A stretch of DNA of 64,000 bases from Antedon mediterranea (Eukaryota; Animalia; Echinodermata): positions 6,076,001-6,140,000 of the forward strand of contig NC_092671.1 of assembly GCF_964355755.1 (NCBI RefSeq), given 5' to 3'. This document shows, piece after piece, positions 34,221 to 48,900 of this stretch (positions are counted from its first letter, which is position 1; the number at the start of each line of letters is the position of its first letter). A program made the translations under genes and the position numbers. The notes below the pieces were generated by a model, which did no database searches, was not told the DNA's origin, and saw only the letters and a program-made list of their open reading frames with translations.

Positions 34221-35680
34221 TTAGAAGTGAATTTTATTCTTCCTCCTATTCTTTATTTCTTTCTGTGGTTTACCAGAATTTTTTTTTCATGGTGGTTAAT
34301 GAAATATTATTTGTAAATAAAGTAAACATCAAACATTATGTATTCCCTCTGTCCCATTACAATGTAACTGCCTAGCAACTAAACTGGCAACCCACTTGAA
34401 TGTAGCCCTGAGTTGGGAGGATGGTCACTCCCTACAGCAATAGAAACCACAGCAAAGGGCTCAGTTTAAAAGGATGATGAATTCCCCAGAGCCATACTAT
34501 AAGTGTGTAGTTAAGCCATAGCTACCAAGTTGCATTTTAGATAATTAAGATCAAGTTGGCATTATTGATTACACCATTATTTCTAAATTATTGATTTTTT
34601 TTCCTATTTAATATTCTCAATGCTTTTAAATAAAATACATTATATGAAATGGTTATTTTTTATTGTTATGAAATACAGTGTGCCACTGATGTACAAGTGT
34701 AATTTTCCAAATAAATTATTATTATTATGACATAGTCTTTGTTGCTATGTATACCTGTGCATAATTTTGTTTCGTAACATTTTAATTTGTTTCCATATAC
34801 TGTAATAGGTTATTAGATCATAATGATGAATTGTATTGAAAATGTATATATTATTTATTATTGGTTGCTAGTAGAACTGTGAGAATATCATGTGCAATGC
34901 GGGCTAAATGTATTAAAGTCTCGGATAATCTGTCCCAATTCTGAACCTGACTTATGCAATGCTAATTAATTTATTTGAGTGCATTTTAGTCAATAGGCAA
35001 CTTATAATATTAAAACTAATTCATTACATTGTCATTTATTAAAATGGTTAAATTTTTGTGTGTAAATATTTTATGAATACAGTTTAAAAATGTGGTACTT
35101 TATATGGTTTTTTTTTTGTGTTCCTCCTTTTCATAGACTTTATTCAATATTTTCTATTAATACATACTGTATTGTTTTTTTACTTTTTTTATTACTTTTT
35201 TTACAGTATTTTTTTTAATGCCAACACCACCTTAATAATAGGGGTCAAATCAAAGCTTGTGTTATATTTCCTCTTTTCGTCCCTACCTGCTATAGCCTGT
35301 AAATACTCAGGTCATTATGGCAATGATCTGCCTATATCAACAGCCAATCCTAATAAACAAAGACACATTAAGGCATACTTTAAAGCTGGAGTTCAGCTTG
35401 CCCTTTTCATTTGGATTTGACATTCTCATTGGGTAGGAACTTATGTTTATTTTTGTCTCTTTTACTCTAATTTGTGTTAGGATCTGGCTAGATTTCTTGG
35501 TATAAGCTGATTAATATAAAGACATTTTTTTTGTGAGTTTTGAAAGTGTTTATGTTCATAAATTTTGTGGATATTATGTGTTTTTAATAATAGGAGTTAC
35601 TGAAATACTTGGTATTAAGCAGACATTATTAAAATATTTCTTTACTCCTTTTGTAAATGAAACTACTTGTATATGCCTAA

Positions 35681-35817
35681 AGCTCTGTCTACACTACTAC
35701 TAGTTTGACGTGAAATGTGATGTACCCAAATATGGCAGTGATATGACATCATCATGTCCATATATGGGCACATCACATTTTTTTGGTCATATAAAGTTTG
35801 ATAGTGTAGACAGAGCT
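35681..35817. mobile_element. MITE family A with TAA TSD
   Basis: TAA|AGCTCTGTCTACACTA ... TAGTGTAGACAGAGCT|TAA. Confidence 0.88.
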
Positions 35818-38269
35818 TAATACTTTTCACTATCAAAGTAGCAATATGCAAAATAGAAAGGACAAACAAAAAGGAAACAACTAAAGTATAAAGTCAAAAG
35901 AAAGGGCAGAAAAAAAATCAATTTGATTTAGTAGGTTTAGTTTATTGTGGATTACGCAGAGGCACAGATGAGAGGACAATTAACCATCAGATAAATACTA
36001 TAGGGCAAGCAAAGGTCCATTCAGACGTTTTAATCGAGCGTCATCATCAACAGATAGTGTTACATAGTTTTTACAATTGTCAGTGTTAGTTTTGTTGATG
36101 CTGGAGCCTTGTTGACTTTTAGTTGTGTTGTTGTGGGAACTACTGAGCTTGGTGGAAAAAGCTGTACTTTAGGTAAAACGGATAATTAGTGTCAATAGTG
36201 TAATTATATAATTGTTTAAACATACAGTAGGTATATATGATACTCTCATTTATATATTAGTATCTGGATCTTTGTGTGGTATTCAAATAATTTTTGTATT
36301 TGGATGATCCAAACAGAATAAAACCGTAAAACTTTGGATCATCCAAAAGGAAAAATTATTTGAATAGTCATATATATTGTTCTTTTCAACAGTACAAGTA
36401 GTATCACAGTAGGATGCTAGAGAACGATGTTCACTGTTGATTTAAACCAATTTTCAATCTTTTAAAATTCAACGTTCATTTAAATTTTCCATTTTGCTAA
36501 CATTTTGTGTACTGTTTCTGATGGCATGTTAATTCACATATTTTGGCTATTAAAACAAGTTAAGTTCAGTTATTACATGGACTGTAAATCAATATTGTTG
36601 ATGCGTGTCAATAAAAACTATTTTTACACATTTTTTTTAGTTTTCCCATATTACCAGGCTTGATGATAAGAATAAATTCATTACAATTTATATAAAGTAC
36701 TATAAGTTTGTTTTAAATCAATTGATATTGACCAGGGCGTGTCTAGATATTAACATGGTCGAAACCCAACACAGTTTTCGGATGACAACTTATGTAAATC
36801 ATGGTTGTCTTTAGTTACTTTAATGTACAACACAGTTTTTAGTTAAAATGTTGATGGTAGGGTTTTTTTTAAACAAATACTTGGACAAAAATGAATTATC
36901 TAGTTTCCCGCAATAAGTACAGTAGCTGAATATAATACATATTTCACTTTAATAATAGATCTAATTACCTTATTGGCGATAAAGTCAGAAAACCAGTACA
37001 GAGAAAAAAAACATTAATAATTAAAATCAACATTTTACTAAAATCAATATAGATTTCTTTAAGCATTAAAAAATCAATGTATTAAATTTATAATATCCTG
37101 ATTTTAATATTCAAAGTGAGAACTTTAATGCATTATTTAAATTCCATAAGAAAACCTGATTACTAAATTGTTTTTTTATGAATTGAAACAGACCATTACA
37201 AATTGATTCAGAATCTTTAAATAGTTGAAGGTATCAAACATACAAGTAAATATTCTCAACAAACAAAACAAAATCAATTACAGAAAACCACCCCTTTTAG
37301 GACACCCTTTTTCAGAAAACACCCATTTTCATACTTTCCCATGAAAGAAAATTAGGGAAAATATTACTTTAATTCTAAACCAACCCTATTCAGGGGACAC
37401 TCTATCAAGGTGGACACATGGGTCACATAGATACAGTATCCTCTTTAGTAGAAAAAATCATTAATTTACAAAAATTAAGAGCTTATATAAAATATTTCTC
37501 ACATTTAGGACCATTAAACATAATATAACACCATTTGTATCGGCTTATCGTTAAAAGGAAAATGCAAAATATTTTATATCATTATTAGAAATATTTCATT
37601 CTGTTTGAGTACTTATTGCAAATCATTATTAACTTCAGTCATTTCTTTTTAGAACAGTAGCCATAAAATGTTATATTTGAATGAGAATAACAGAGATTAC
37701 ATTATTAGGTATATTTATAATTGAAGCAAAATGTAAAATGTTGATGAAACATCAATTATGTCATATAGTATATTTTTAGGTCTATTGGATTGGAAAAGTA
37801 GATTTATACAAGCTGTGTTTTGCAACAGTTTCTATTTTGATTCTCAGTTACGGTAATTTGTTTACGACAGTGTTGGTTTAATAAATGACTATTTTTTGTA
37901 TTTGTGACATTCATAGCACAGAGTTGCACTAAACATTTACTTTTGGAAAAACCTTTCTGAAAATAGATTGCAAAGTATATAAAATAGCTATACTGTTGTC
38001 TTTATGTTTCCTAATCTACTGTCGTGGAATTTAATAAACATGTGATAGATTGTATCGTTAATACTACATCCACCGTGATACCATCTTAATAGATATTATT
38101 TCTAGTACGAGATGTTATCAATATGCTATTAAAGGATCCAATTTGCTTAGAGTCGATATAATTTGATGATACAGTGTTGAATCGCAAAGTGTTTTATGCT
38201 CTTAAAATATTCCTGATTAAGGCTTGAGTTGTCGCAGTGGTAACTGCTCTAAATGGAATGGTTCTCGTC

Positions 38270-38495
38270 TCAGACCGACGGCAAAGAATTAACCCTAAGT
38301 TATCAGTCAATAAGGTTAGAATGTATTGGCTGCGAAACTGATTAAGTCGAAACGTTGTTAATTGGTGAACAGTTTGAGTGCATTTTTGATTGGTTAAGTT
38401 ATTATGCATTCATATTTCGATAAGCTTCAGAAGACTGGTTATTTTACAGTTTGTTCATATTGTGTATTGAGTTTATTTTTTGACAGATGGTAAAG
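38270..38495 (+). promoter_or_regulatory. Candidate proximal promoter / non-coding exon of the EAAT gene
   Basis: Three inverted CCAAT boxes (ATTGG at 38325, 38361, 38389), local CpGs, and a donor-like ATG|GTAAAG at 38489/38490, 1.2 kb upstream of the acceptor at 39721. Confidence 0.3.
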
Positions 38496-39744
38496 AAATA
38501 ATATCGTGAAATAGCAATTTGTTTTGAATTGTACGTAGTATTTTATGTACTTTTAAATAGGTTGATTACAATATGCATATTGCTTTTAAATACTGTATGG
38601 TTTAGTAGTGTAAAATTGTAAACTATAGCTTTGTGTTGATTTATGGAAACTGAAATCTTTAAATTTATTTTTTTATTTTACCAGAAGCTTGTCTAACAAA
38701 TGTTCTCTAGCTTCCATGTCTTTTATTTCTCAAGCCAGTGGGACTGGCAAAGATGTAATGAAGTGTTGATCTTAATCTCATGGTCCTAACTATTGCATTA
38801 TAATTGTAAAGGCCAGCTGGGCCCTCCTTCCTCTACCTGAGGCAAACTTGAAAAATGCATATTGAAAGGTTCTTTCTTCTTTGTCATAACTTTGACTGTA
38901 CTTTACTATTATTTTGAATGTTACTAAAATATGTCATTAAATAATTATATGGTTCAGATATCAGTAAATAGTTTGGCAACATATTTTGACTTTGAATATG
39001 ATGTCGGTAAATGGGCGACAAATCAAGCATATTTCCTTTCTATGCAGCTTCCCATGTTGATAGATTAATGAAAATAAAAATAAAAAAGTTAATAATAACT
39101 TATTTTAAATGGCTTTACAGTATGCTATGTGAGCTAAAAGTCTTTGTGGTCGACTAGCTAGTGTGATTGAAGTAGGCCTACCCCCTTTCTCCAGTGATTG
39201 TGTAAAGCATCCCCCCCCCCCCACCTCGTCTTTTGTGATTGTGTTCCCCAGTGGCTAAACCCAGGGGGCCCCTGAGCTTATGGGGCCCCTGTGCAGTACC
39301 CAGAGGGAAAAAACAGGCATTAAAATAATGTTGAAAAATGCTAAAAAAGTCCCAATGATGCAGAAGCCTCAGTTCTCTATGTTACGCCACCACTGGTACT
39401 CCCCCTTATAAAATGACTGTGGCACTCTCTTGCACAATGACTACAGTTCCTTTTCCCAATGATTCTGTTATCCCCCATTGCCAAGTTTCATCATTTCAGA
39501 TTTTTCATTTACATTTACAGTATTCATTATACATGTTTTATGTCGTATTGTTGAGGGCCCCTTAAAATCAGCTTCCGCTGACTGGGTCACCCTCTTGAAA
39601 TATGGTTGAATAAATAATAAATAAATAAATAAGTAAGATCTCAGTTTTTTCAGATTTGCACCTTTTAATCTAATTATTAATTGATTTATTGTTAATGCAT
39701 TGATATTTTTCTTTTTCACAGATTAATCAATAATAAAATTCAAG

Positions 39745-39997
39745 ATGGAGGACGAGGTAGAAGCACAAGTACCTTTATCAAATACAAAATTACGCCGTGT
39801 GTTGGCATGGTTCAGACAAAACTTGCTCCTGGTCTTTACAATTGCCGGTGTCATTCTTGGTGTTTTCTTTGGCTTAGTTTTACGTATTGCAAATCCAAGT
39901 GAAGAAGCTATTTTGTTAATTGGATTTCCAGGAGATGTATTTCTTAGATTGCTTAAAATGTTGATTCTGCCACTCATCGTGTCCAGTTTGATAACAG
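39745..39997 (+). CDS. SLC1A2: EAAT coding exon 1 (N-terminus, TM1-TM2)
   Basis: Acceptor ttttcacag at 39721, in-frame TAA at 39724 before the ATG, ends SSLITG|gtattt. Confidence 0.92.
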
Positions 39998-42900
39998 GTA
40001 TTTTAATTGTTTTATTATCTCTCTTATTTTTTATATTTTTTATAGTATAACCCCTATGAAGGGGAAACTTTAGGGACACAACAAAGTGTCCCATTAATAG
40101 AGGTGTTTCCTGACTGAATAGGGAAGTTCCCTGAATAGATGTTAGCCTTTATTTGTTTCACAGGAGAGTCTCCCCTGAAAAGAGATGTCCCAAAGATTCT
40201 ATCTACTGTACTTAATGTTGTTAATTACGTTCTGTTAAATGAGCCTGGTGGAGGAACTAATGTTAGACCAATCTGCCCTAAATGTTCTTATTAAACATTG
40301 TAAACTGGACTAGTATTAAAAATTGAGACATATAAAGTACAAAAAGTGGTCCTTTTACGTGTAAACCTGTACTGCGTTAACAATCAATTGCATATGTACA
40401 ATAGCCTAATTCAGAGTATTCCTGAGTTACTTTGATCTCAAACACTTTGGTCAATATCCTAAGGGTTGTTACATGCTTCAATTAAGCAAGCATAACATGA
40501 TGTATGTGGCGTTAAGATTTCAAGAGGGACTTTCTGTTGATAATTCAATTTCAAGTAGGCTTAGCCGGCTTAGACGTGGCAATTTACTTTTATTGAAGTG
40601 AAAAATAAATAAGGTTTGTAAGATTAGTGTATCGATGAGGTTTTGTGTGATTTATAGAAATGAGTTCAAATACCAGATAAACAACCAAATCTCAAAATAA
40701 TTTTTCTTTCTTTAAATATAAATGTTTTTCCTTTACCTCACATCACACAATACCCCTCCCCTCCATCCCACTCCTCCCCTCCATCCCACTCCTCCCCTCC
40801 ATCCCACTCCTTCCCTCCACCCAACCCCACCCCTCCCCATCATATATTTATATTCTTTCTACTTAATGTTTGTCCATATCTATTTCATGAAAATGAATAT
40901 ACCATAGTGATTTTAATTTTAGAAAGGTACGTCATAATAAAAAGTCATTGTTGTATAAAAATACAAAACTCGGGAAATAGAATAATAAGGAGGGAAATCA
41001 AATACAGATTGGATCAATCGTTTACAACCTATTTGAGCATGTGCCAACTACTTACTGCTTAGAAAAAAACAGCATGAAATAATAATACTCTATACATACT
41101 CTATTACTTAAAATAAAAATATATACAAACTATTAAATTAAAGATATTGTCTCCCTAAGAAAATAATTTGTTTACAATTTTTTTACATTGGGTTTTTAGT
41201 TAAATTTAGCGTTTTATTTTTTCTGTTTATAAGTGAAATCATTATTTGTGAATTACTTTATTAAAATTGGCTTATTAAAAGTCTGATTTTATAGATCTTA
41301 ATTTTTCATGATTTTTTTTTTTTTGTGGGGGGGAGGGGGAGGAAACAATCTTTTGTATTGTTTTTATCATCTGTATTGATATAATATTTAAAACTTTGTT
41401 GAAAACTGAACTTTATTTTATCCAAAATGGAGAAGTAAAGTTAGTGCGGGCATTAATATTAAATATTTTTCTTGACAGGTTTGACAGGTCTTGATGCCAA
41501 ATCCAGTGGTAAAGTTGGTATGCGAACATTACTTTATTATTTCTGTACGACAATGATTGCTGTATTAATTGGTATTATATTGGTACTGACGATTCGTCCC
41601 GGTGAGTCCACACAAGCGAAGGAGAAACTAGATACGGGTGATGTGAAATCAGAAATAACTACTTTGGATGCTATATTGGATTTACTGAGGTAAATGAATG
41701 ATCAGTGATAGTAAAACAGCTCTGTCTAAACTATCAAAATAGTTTGAAAAGTGTGATGTGCCCAAATATGGCAGTGATATGCTTCACATCACATAACATT
41801 TTTTTGTCACAAAGTTTGATAGTGTAGACAAAGCTTTAGTTTAACTTTTAATGATTTGTTTAATATCACTTTTTTTATTAGGGCCATACATCAAAAATTT
41901 TCCAAATAAAGTGAATTATCAATTATCAATCAATACCTAAAGCTCTGTCTACACTATCAAACTATTTTGACAGGTTGATTTTTGCCACATACACAGTTTG
42001 ACAGTGTAGACAGAGCTTTAGGTGATGATACCAACATACTATTAATAAATATTGAAGAAACAGACTGATGTATCTATACTTTAGAGGAAAGAGAGAGTTT
42101 GTATGACTGTTCATTGTACAAATGTAATTTCTTCTGATTGGAGATAATAAAGTTTTCTTGTGTCTTATGTCTGTATGTCAAATAACATTTAACCACCTGG
42201 GACTGGTATCTTTACTAGATTAATATTTTATCATTCAATATACACAAATGTGTAGCAGATTTGTTCTACAGTACTATGATTTTTGTCTTTTTTTTAGGAA
42301 TTTGTTCCCATCAAATTTATTGCAAGCCTGTTTTGAGCAAGTAAGTGGTTTAATTCCTATTTTAAAACACAAAACAACAGGAGATATTAAGTTAAACAAA
42401 ATGCACAATATTGAGAATTCTGAATCAGTTATGTACTTGACTGGATTTTCCAAGAATCCAGGGCTTTAATGATTTTCACCTTAGGTAGAAAATTACAAAG
42501 AAATGCTGTTTTGATCAGATAAAGATAAAATAGTAATATAAACATTTTTCTTACAATGTTGTAATAATTTGTAACTTGAGTGCAATAATTTAAAAATGGT
42601 GTTTTTTTTTCTTAAAATCCAGGGATAAAGACAAGTTATCCATTACCTTTAATTGGTCATTGAGTCATGAAAATTGAGTGGGAAATTGTACAATTATTTT
42701 GATCGGCTGATTATTTTACAAGAGCTAGTTGCTAAATTTCCTGTTTTCTTGTTCCAAATAAAAAATAAATAATTAATTATTATTTAATAATTGATAAAAA
42801 GTAAGCGATGGCCTTGAGGGACGATTAGTGTTTATAGGGCATAGATGTAAATGTGCATATATTTGCATAAATTATAATAATTAAATAAATATGCTAAAAG

Positions 42901-45900
42901 TATATACATTTATAAATATTAAGATAAAACATACATAAATTTCAAAAACTGCATAGAAAATTTAAATTTTTAATCTATACAGGCATATGGTTAACAACAA
43001 ATATAACAACAGGAAGAGTTGTTATTGTTAGCTTAATAGGTTTAATTATTAATAGAAAAAATCATCCTCTGTATTTTTTTCTAGGCCACAATTAATTCTC
43101 TATTAAATAATAAATAAAAGTGTTTGTTTAGTGTGTGAACTGAGGTATCTTTTGCCACAACAATTTGATGTGCCCTATATGGACATGATGACATCGTATC
43201 ACTACCGTATTTAGGCATATCACTACCATATTCGGGCACATTACACTTTATTTGTCAAACTAGTTTGATAGTGTAGACAGAGCTTTACACTACGGTATAT
43301 GAGAAATAATATATTTTTGTATAAGAATTTTGAGTTTTATGACTAATGAACATGAATAAACATTAATATTGAATCTGTCAAAAGCCGAAACAGCTTATGG
43401 CATTAGAATTAAGTGGTATTATCAGTGCTTTTTACATTAATTCTTCTTCAATGTATTATGGTAAACATTGTTTCCTCTTTTAGTGGAACGTGACGGTTTA
43501 TTTGATAATGTCTAGTGTCTGATCTAGGTGAACTCGTGTTTAATCACAACATACACACCAGACTGGGAGGGGCTGAATAAACACAATCCTTTCAAACTCC
43601 TAATGACAATTTATTTACATAGATTTATTAACCATCGGCACTTTCTGCCATATCACTTTTAATAGTGATATTGTAGTTTATTTAGAATATGATAGAGGTT
43701 CTGTTTTTTTAACCTTTTTAAAAAACAGACGAAAATATAGAAACAATGTTGGATTGGAAATGAAACGGTATATTTTCTAAATTTCAGAAATTATTGATAA
43801 CTACAGTAAATATTAGTAATTTAAAAATTTAAATTATTTTTCAATCAAAATGATTTTTATATAACAATTTGTATGTCTATAGTCAAAGATTTCTTGTTGA
43901 ATGAAAGAAATATTGAAAGACTTTTAAAGTATGTGCATGTTTTTTTTAATTAAATGTCAGTAAAATTATAAAAATGATCAACTAAATTCTAGTTATAATG
44001 GTTTGATGTAATAAAAAAAATTGTATAATAACTTATTTTTTCAGACGCAAACATATTATGAGCCACAAGATATCTATGACACTGTGGCTGTAAATGTTAC
44101 CGCTGCTCCGATCACTCTAGCCCCAAATGTCACCCCAGGTGTGAATGTCACCGATATTGTACCTTCTTACAATGAGACTACCATAGATGTCTTCAATCAA
44201 ACAATCTCTATACGTAAAGTTGGATACAAAGGAGGAATGAATGTGCTGGGTATGTGTTATCTACAGTATTCCTTTTTTGAATTTATATTATGAAGTGGAG
44301 CTTGGCTACCAATCTAAGGGTCCTGGGTTCAAGTCCTGTCATATGTCAGGGTTTTTTTCTCATGACAATTTACAACTCCACTCCCAAAGACTTAATAATA
44401 AGTCTTTGTTTATGTAGAGCATTGTGTATATGTTTGTCTTGTGAAATTATTAAATAGTTTATCCATCCTGTAATTGGCGGGTTACTCGCTGTTGGATGAG
44501 TATGAAATAAAATTTAAAAAAAATAAAATATATAATAGCACTGTGATACAGTAGAATATCTATTTTTTATATCTATTTGAACATCGCTATTCGGAGGACA
44601 TTCGTATTATGGGAAAAATCTCTTTGGACAAATAAGAGACAATACCTGTATGTGTGCTATGTATATACACATTGAGACACCCATATTCAGGTGAAACTTT
44701 TGTCAAACGAACAAGAGGAAATATCTCTTTTAACACTAGGCCCTACAGCCAAACCATATTGTAAAGTAATATTATGTCGTGGTTATGATCCTCGGCTACC
44801 AATCCAAGGGTACTGGGTTCACCTGTCAGTATCAGGATATTTTCTAATGATTTTCTAATTTATAACTCCACTCCCAAAGACGTAATAAGACTTTGTGTAT
44901 GTAGAGCATCTTACGTAATGTTTGTCTTGTGAACAGGTTTGCTAACTTTAAGAAGGATAATGAATGAATTCGCTTATGGTTATCCTTGGCAATTTGCCTT
45001 ATACATAAAACAAAACAAAAATTTTTAAGTTTCGTATCTTAACTAGCAATTTAAATTATTCTCTCACAGAACCCAACCAAGTAGTACTAAATATAATATC
45101 TAACCATGCTTGAATAACTGTTCTTGCTTCATTAAATACTAACCTATTAAAATAGTAATTGAATGAAAACAGAATATGATCATTGGGTCTCATCAACAAT
45201 TGGCAAGGTTAATGTCGGTCATCTTGGGAAAAAGAAGAATTTCACTAGAAATACTCCCTAAAGCTCTGTCTACACTATCAAACTTTATGTGACAAAAAAA
45301 TTTGATGTGCTCATATATGGACATGATGTCATATCACTATATTTGGGAATATCATTACCATATTTAAGCACATCATACTTTTTTTGTCAAACTAGTTTGC
45401 TAGTGTAGACAGAGCTTAAGAAAATGATTTTGCTTATTTGTGTAGATTCAGAATTTATTCTATTATTATATGTATCTTTACTGAAATACATTGGGAAAAA
45501 AAGGTGGTTGTTTGGTCCCTTTGTGGAATACAACAACCCGACCTAAATCCAGTGTCTACATGGGTGTATATTTTATACCAATTGAAATCAAATGACCCAG
45601 GTAATTGAGGTTCGTCTCGTTGATGTTTCCAATCCAGAGCATTCAATAAAGAACCATGAAATGTTCAACATTTGGTTCTGTTCTTGAAAGTTGTAATGAT
45701 TGTCTCTTCTGGTGATTATAATATTAATTGTTTTACTACCACACACATGCAAATTTAGTTCGGTTGATACTAGTATAATAAAATAGTTCAATCATGGAGC
45801 TAATATATAGGTCCACGGTTAAATCAAATAGTTATCTAAAATCTGATGTAAAAGAAGAAGAAGAAGAAGAAGAAGTTTTGAGAAGCTGTTTGAAGTTTTT

Positions 45901-48900
45901 GTAGGAACTTGGTTGGCAAAGCCCAATCATCATCATCATTGTTCTCTGCTTTTTACAGCAGAGGTCTAAAGTGCATTTATCCAAGTGACACTTAATTCCC
46001 AGAACTCATTATTTCAGACTTTATATTTATACAGTCTGTTTAATAACCTGTCCTTCATAAAGGTTACTCCCCTGTTTAATGCTTGTAAAATGAAAGGGTT
46101 TAGAGTATTTTATAAATTTAGTATAAAATTGTCTGATGAATCACATTTTCAACAGTGGATTGAAGAATTAGTATTAGTCACAATTGGACAACTTTGGCAA
46201 AGAATTTGGAACATTTTGAACAAGAATATTTTGATTTTGAAAGACCTTTCAACAATGTTTAGGAAACATGGTTTTGGGAGAATTCCAAAATTGTAATTGT
46301 AAGAAGAAATGTCTATCAAATTAACTTTTAAAGGCCTTCATCTTGCAACACTCTTCATTGGTTTTTGATTTGGTCAGCAGGTGCGGATTTAGGCAGGTAA
46401 TAAAGAGGCTTTAGCCCCCCCCCCCCCCTCTAATCTATAATGCAGGATCCGCACCTGGTCAGCTACCATTTATTCATACTTTCATCCTTTTCTTTAAACC
46501 ACTGTATTCTAAATATTATGATAATAAAAAAGTATATCAAAGTAACTTAATGATCTCTATTGACTATGTTGAATATATGACATTAAAAAATATAATTGAT
46601 TACCCTTCATTTATGTCTGATTAATGACCTTGTAAACTTGTAATGCATCACAATTGGTCTCTTGGTAATTTAAATTTTTTTTTTTTTTGCATTTAGATAT
46701 TGATTATCTATCATATGAAAGATTTATTGTTTATTACTTTATGTTGAATTATAAATTGATAGTTATTACGTCTTAATATTTTTTCGTATTCTAACTCAGA
46801 CGCCAAACTATCAGAGTGTCTAATACATTAATAATAGTTTTGTCTGCATTTAAGCCCTCAACATTTAAAGATTATGTTTTAGACAGTTTAAAGAAATTTG
46901 TTTTGAAGAAGATTGATAATGGCGTAATATATTTAAAACAAGTGATGTAAATACCTCATTGAAATTTAGGTAATTGTGAATAAATCCTACTGCATTAACA
47001 AAAAACATAAATCATAATTATGTGAAAATTGAAACAAGAATTTGGCACTTATTCAAGCCTCACAAGTAGGCAGAACAATTTATGATACTGATACATTTTT
47101 ACACTTAATCAATGGTCAATTTATGACCCAAGAGCATTATAAGTGACCAAACAGTTAAACTTCTTTATGCCTTTGGTTATAGTTCATGGAGGTATAAAAT
47201 TACACCTCCATGGTTAGTTGTACCCAGGTCAGTAAAAATACTAAATGCAAAAGTTTATAGGTTCATTTAACAATTTAACCGTTTCCAGCCAAAATGTGTA
47301 TTAATATACTGTATTTCGAAGAAACATACAAGTTTGGTAAATGTACTGTATTGATTGTGTTAGACACATATGAACTTTTGACAAATGTAAACACGACGTT
47401 CCCATTATGAACATTTTTAAAATTATGGTACTGTAGTAAACTAACATATATGTTCATTTAACTTAATTTGTGTTTGTAACTATTGAAAATGTATTTCTTG
47501 CGCACTCTTATATTTGATATTTCATATCAATTATGTAATATTTTTATTTGAAAGGGTTAATTGCATACTGTATTCTGTTTGGAATCTTGCTGGGCCAGAT
47601 GGGAGAGAGTGGGCAAACAATGGTTAATTTCTTCAGTATTTTGAATGATATTACCATGAAGATGGTCTTACTTGTCATGTGGTAAGTAATATTTTCTCAA
47701 ATAGAAAAAAATACAGTCAGTAACTAGACTATGTACCTATCGAGTTGAAAAGTCATTCTACACACGGTCAGAAACATATGAGCATGCACAGAATGTGTAA
47801 TCGTGTGGTGAAGAAAGCAATGTAATAAAAGAAATGTCCTGAACATTGTTCAAAATATCCCACAATGTCACATAGAAAGAGTGTTTGAATAAACAGAATG
47901 ATTTTCTAAGATACCACATGACCGCAACACCTTACAAAATATCCCATATTTGAACATAGAAAGAGTGTTTAAATAAACAGCATGATTAAAGAATTATTTT
48001 ATATGTTTTTTAGTACTGTATAGCAATGTAATTAATAGAAATTATTTATTTACATATTTAACATTTTCTTTTATAGGTACTCGCCAATTGGTATTCTTTC
48101 ACTCATCTGTGCTAAGATATTGGCAATGGATGACCTGGCTCTGGTGTTCTCACAGCTTGGTCTTTACATGTGCACTGTTATCATTGGTCTTCTCATCCAT
48201 ACCAGTGTTCTGATGACAATCTATTTCTTGTTTACGAGAAAAAATCCACTGCGTTTCTTCCAAGGCATGTTACAAGCCTGGGTCACCGCTCTGGCAACAT
48301 CGTCAAGGTACTATTTTTAATGAGTTTTATGTACATGTAGTATTATAATTGTTCTTGTGTTGAACTGGAAACTGAAGAAAATTCTATTATGTCCTCTTCA
48401 GACCTATGGCAAGATCAGCACACCTGGATATCATTTCTTACCTTCTTAAATTTATAAATCATTTTAGAACAATTATGTATTTCCAATGGAAATTAGGCTT
48501 ATAAGCTTTTTGGGCTATACTGGAAAATCTTTTATAAATGTATTTTTTACATTTATTTTCCTAATAAAATTTAATCATATGTAATTGAATTGAATTGATC
48601 ACTTCATTTTAGAATAAATACAACAAAAATTGAAACAAAACGGAAAATCACACTAAAATAGGATTGAAAAGATTTGAATATTGTAATGAAATTGTCTTGA
48701 TTGAAAAATTTGAATTTAGGCAGGTTTATTAAAAAAATTAAATTAATTGATAAATATTTTGTTTTTCTCAGTGCTGCAACCCTACCGATTACAATGAAGT
48801 GTCTAGAAGAAAACCTAGGTGTTGATTCCCGTATCACTCGGTTTGTACTGCCCGTAGGCGCAACGGTCAACATGGACGGTACTGCGTTATACGAAGCAGT

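Noticed and set aside
35663-35869. Recurrent short ORFs with CPYMDMMMS-like peptides (also 51133, 55451, 60033, 60957)
   Set aside because: Translations of MITE family A, not a protein family.
38336-38358. CTGATTAAGTCGAAACGTT as a third hammerhead
   Set aside because: The core is imperfect and there is no stem II or stem I pairing.
40722-40907. Pro/His-rich ORF (PPLHPT)n
   Set aside because: Translation of an intronic minisatellite.
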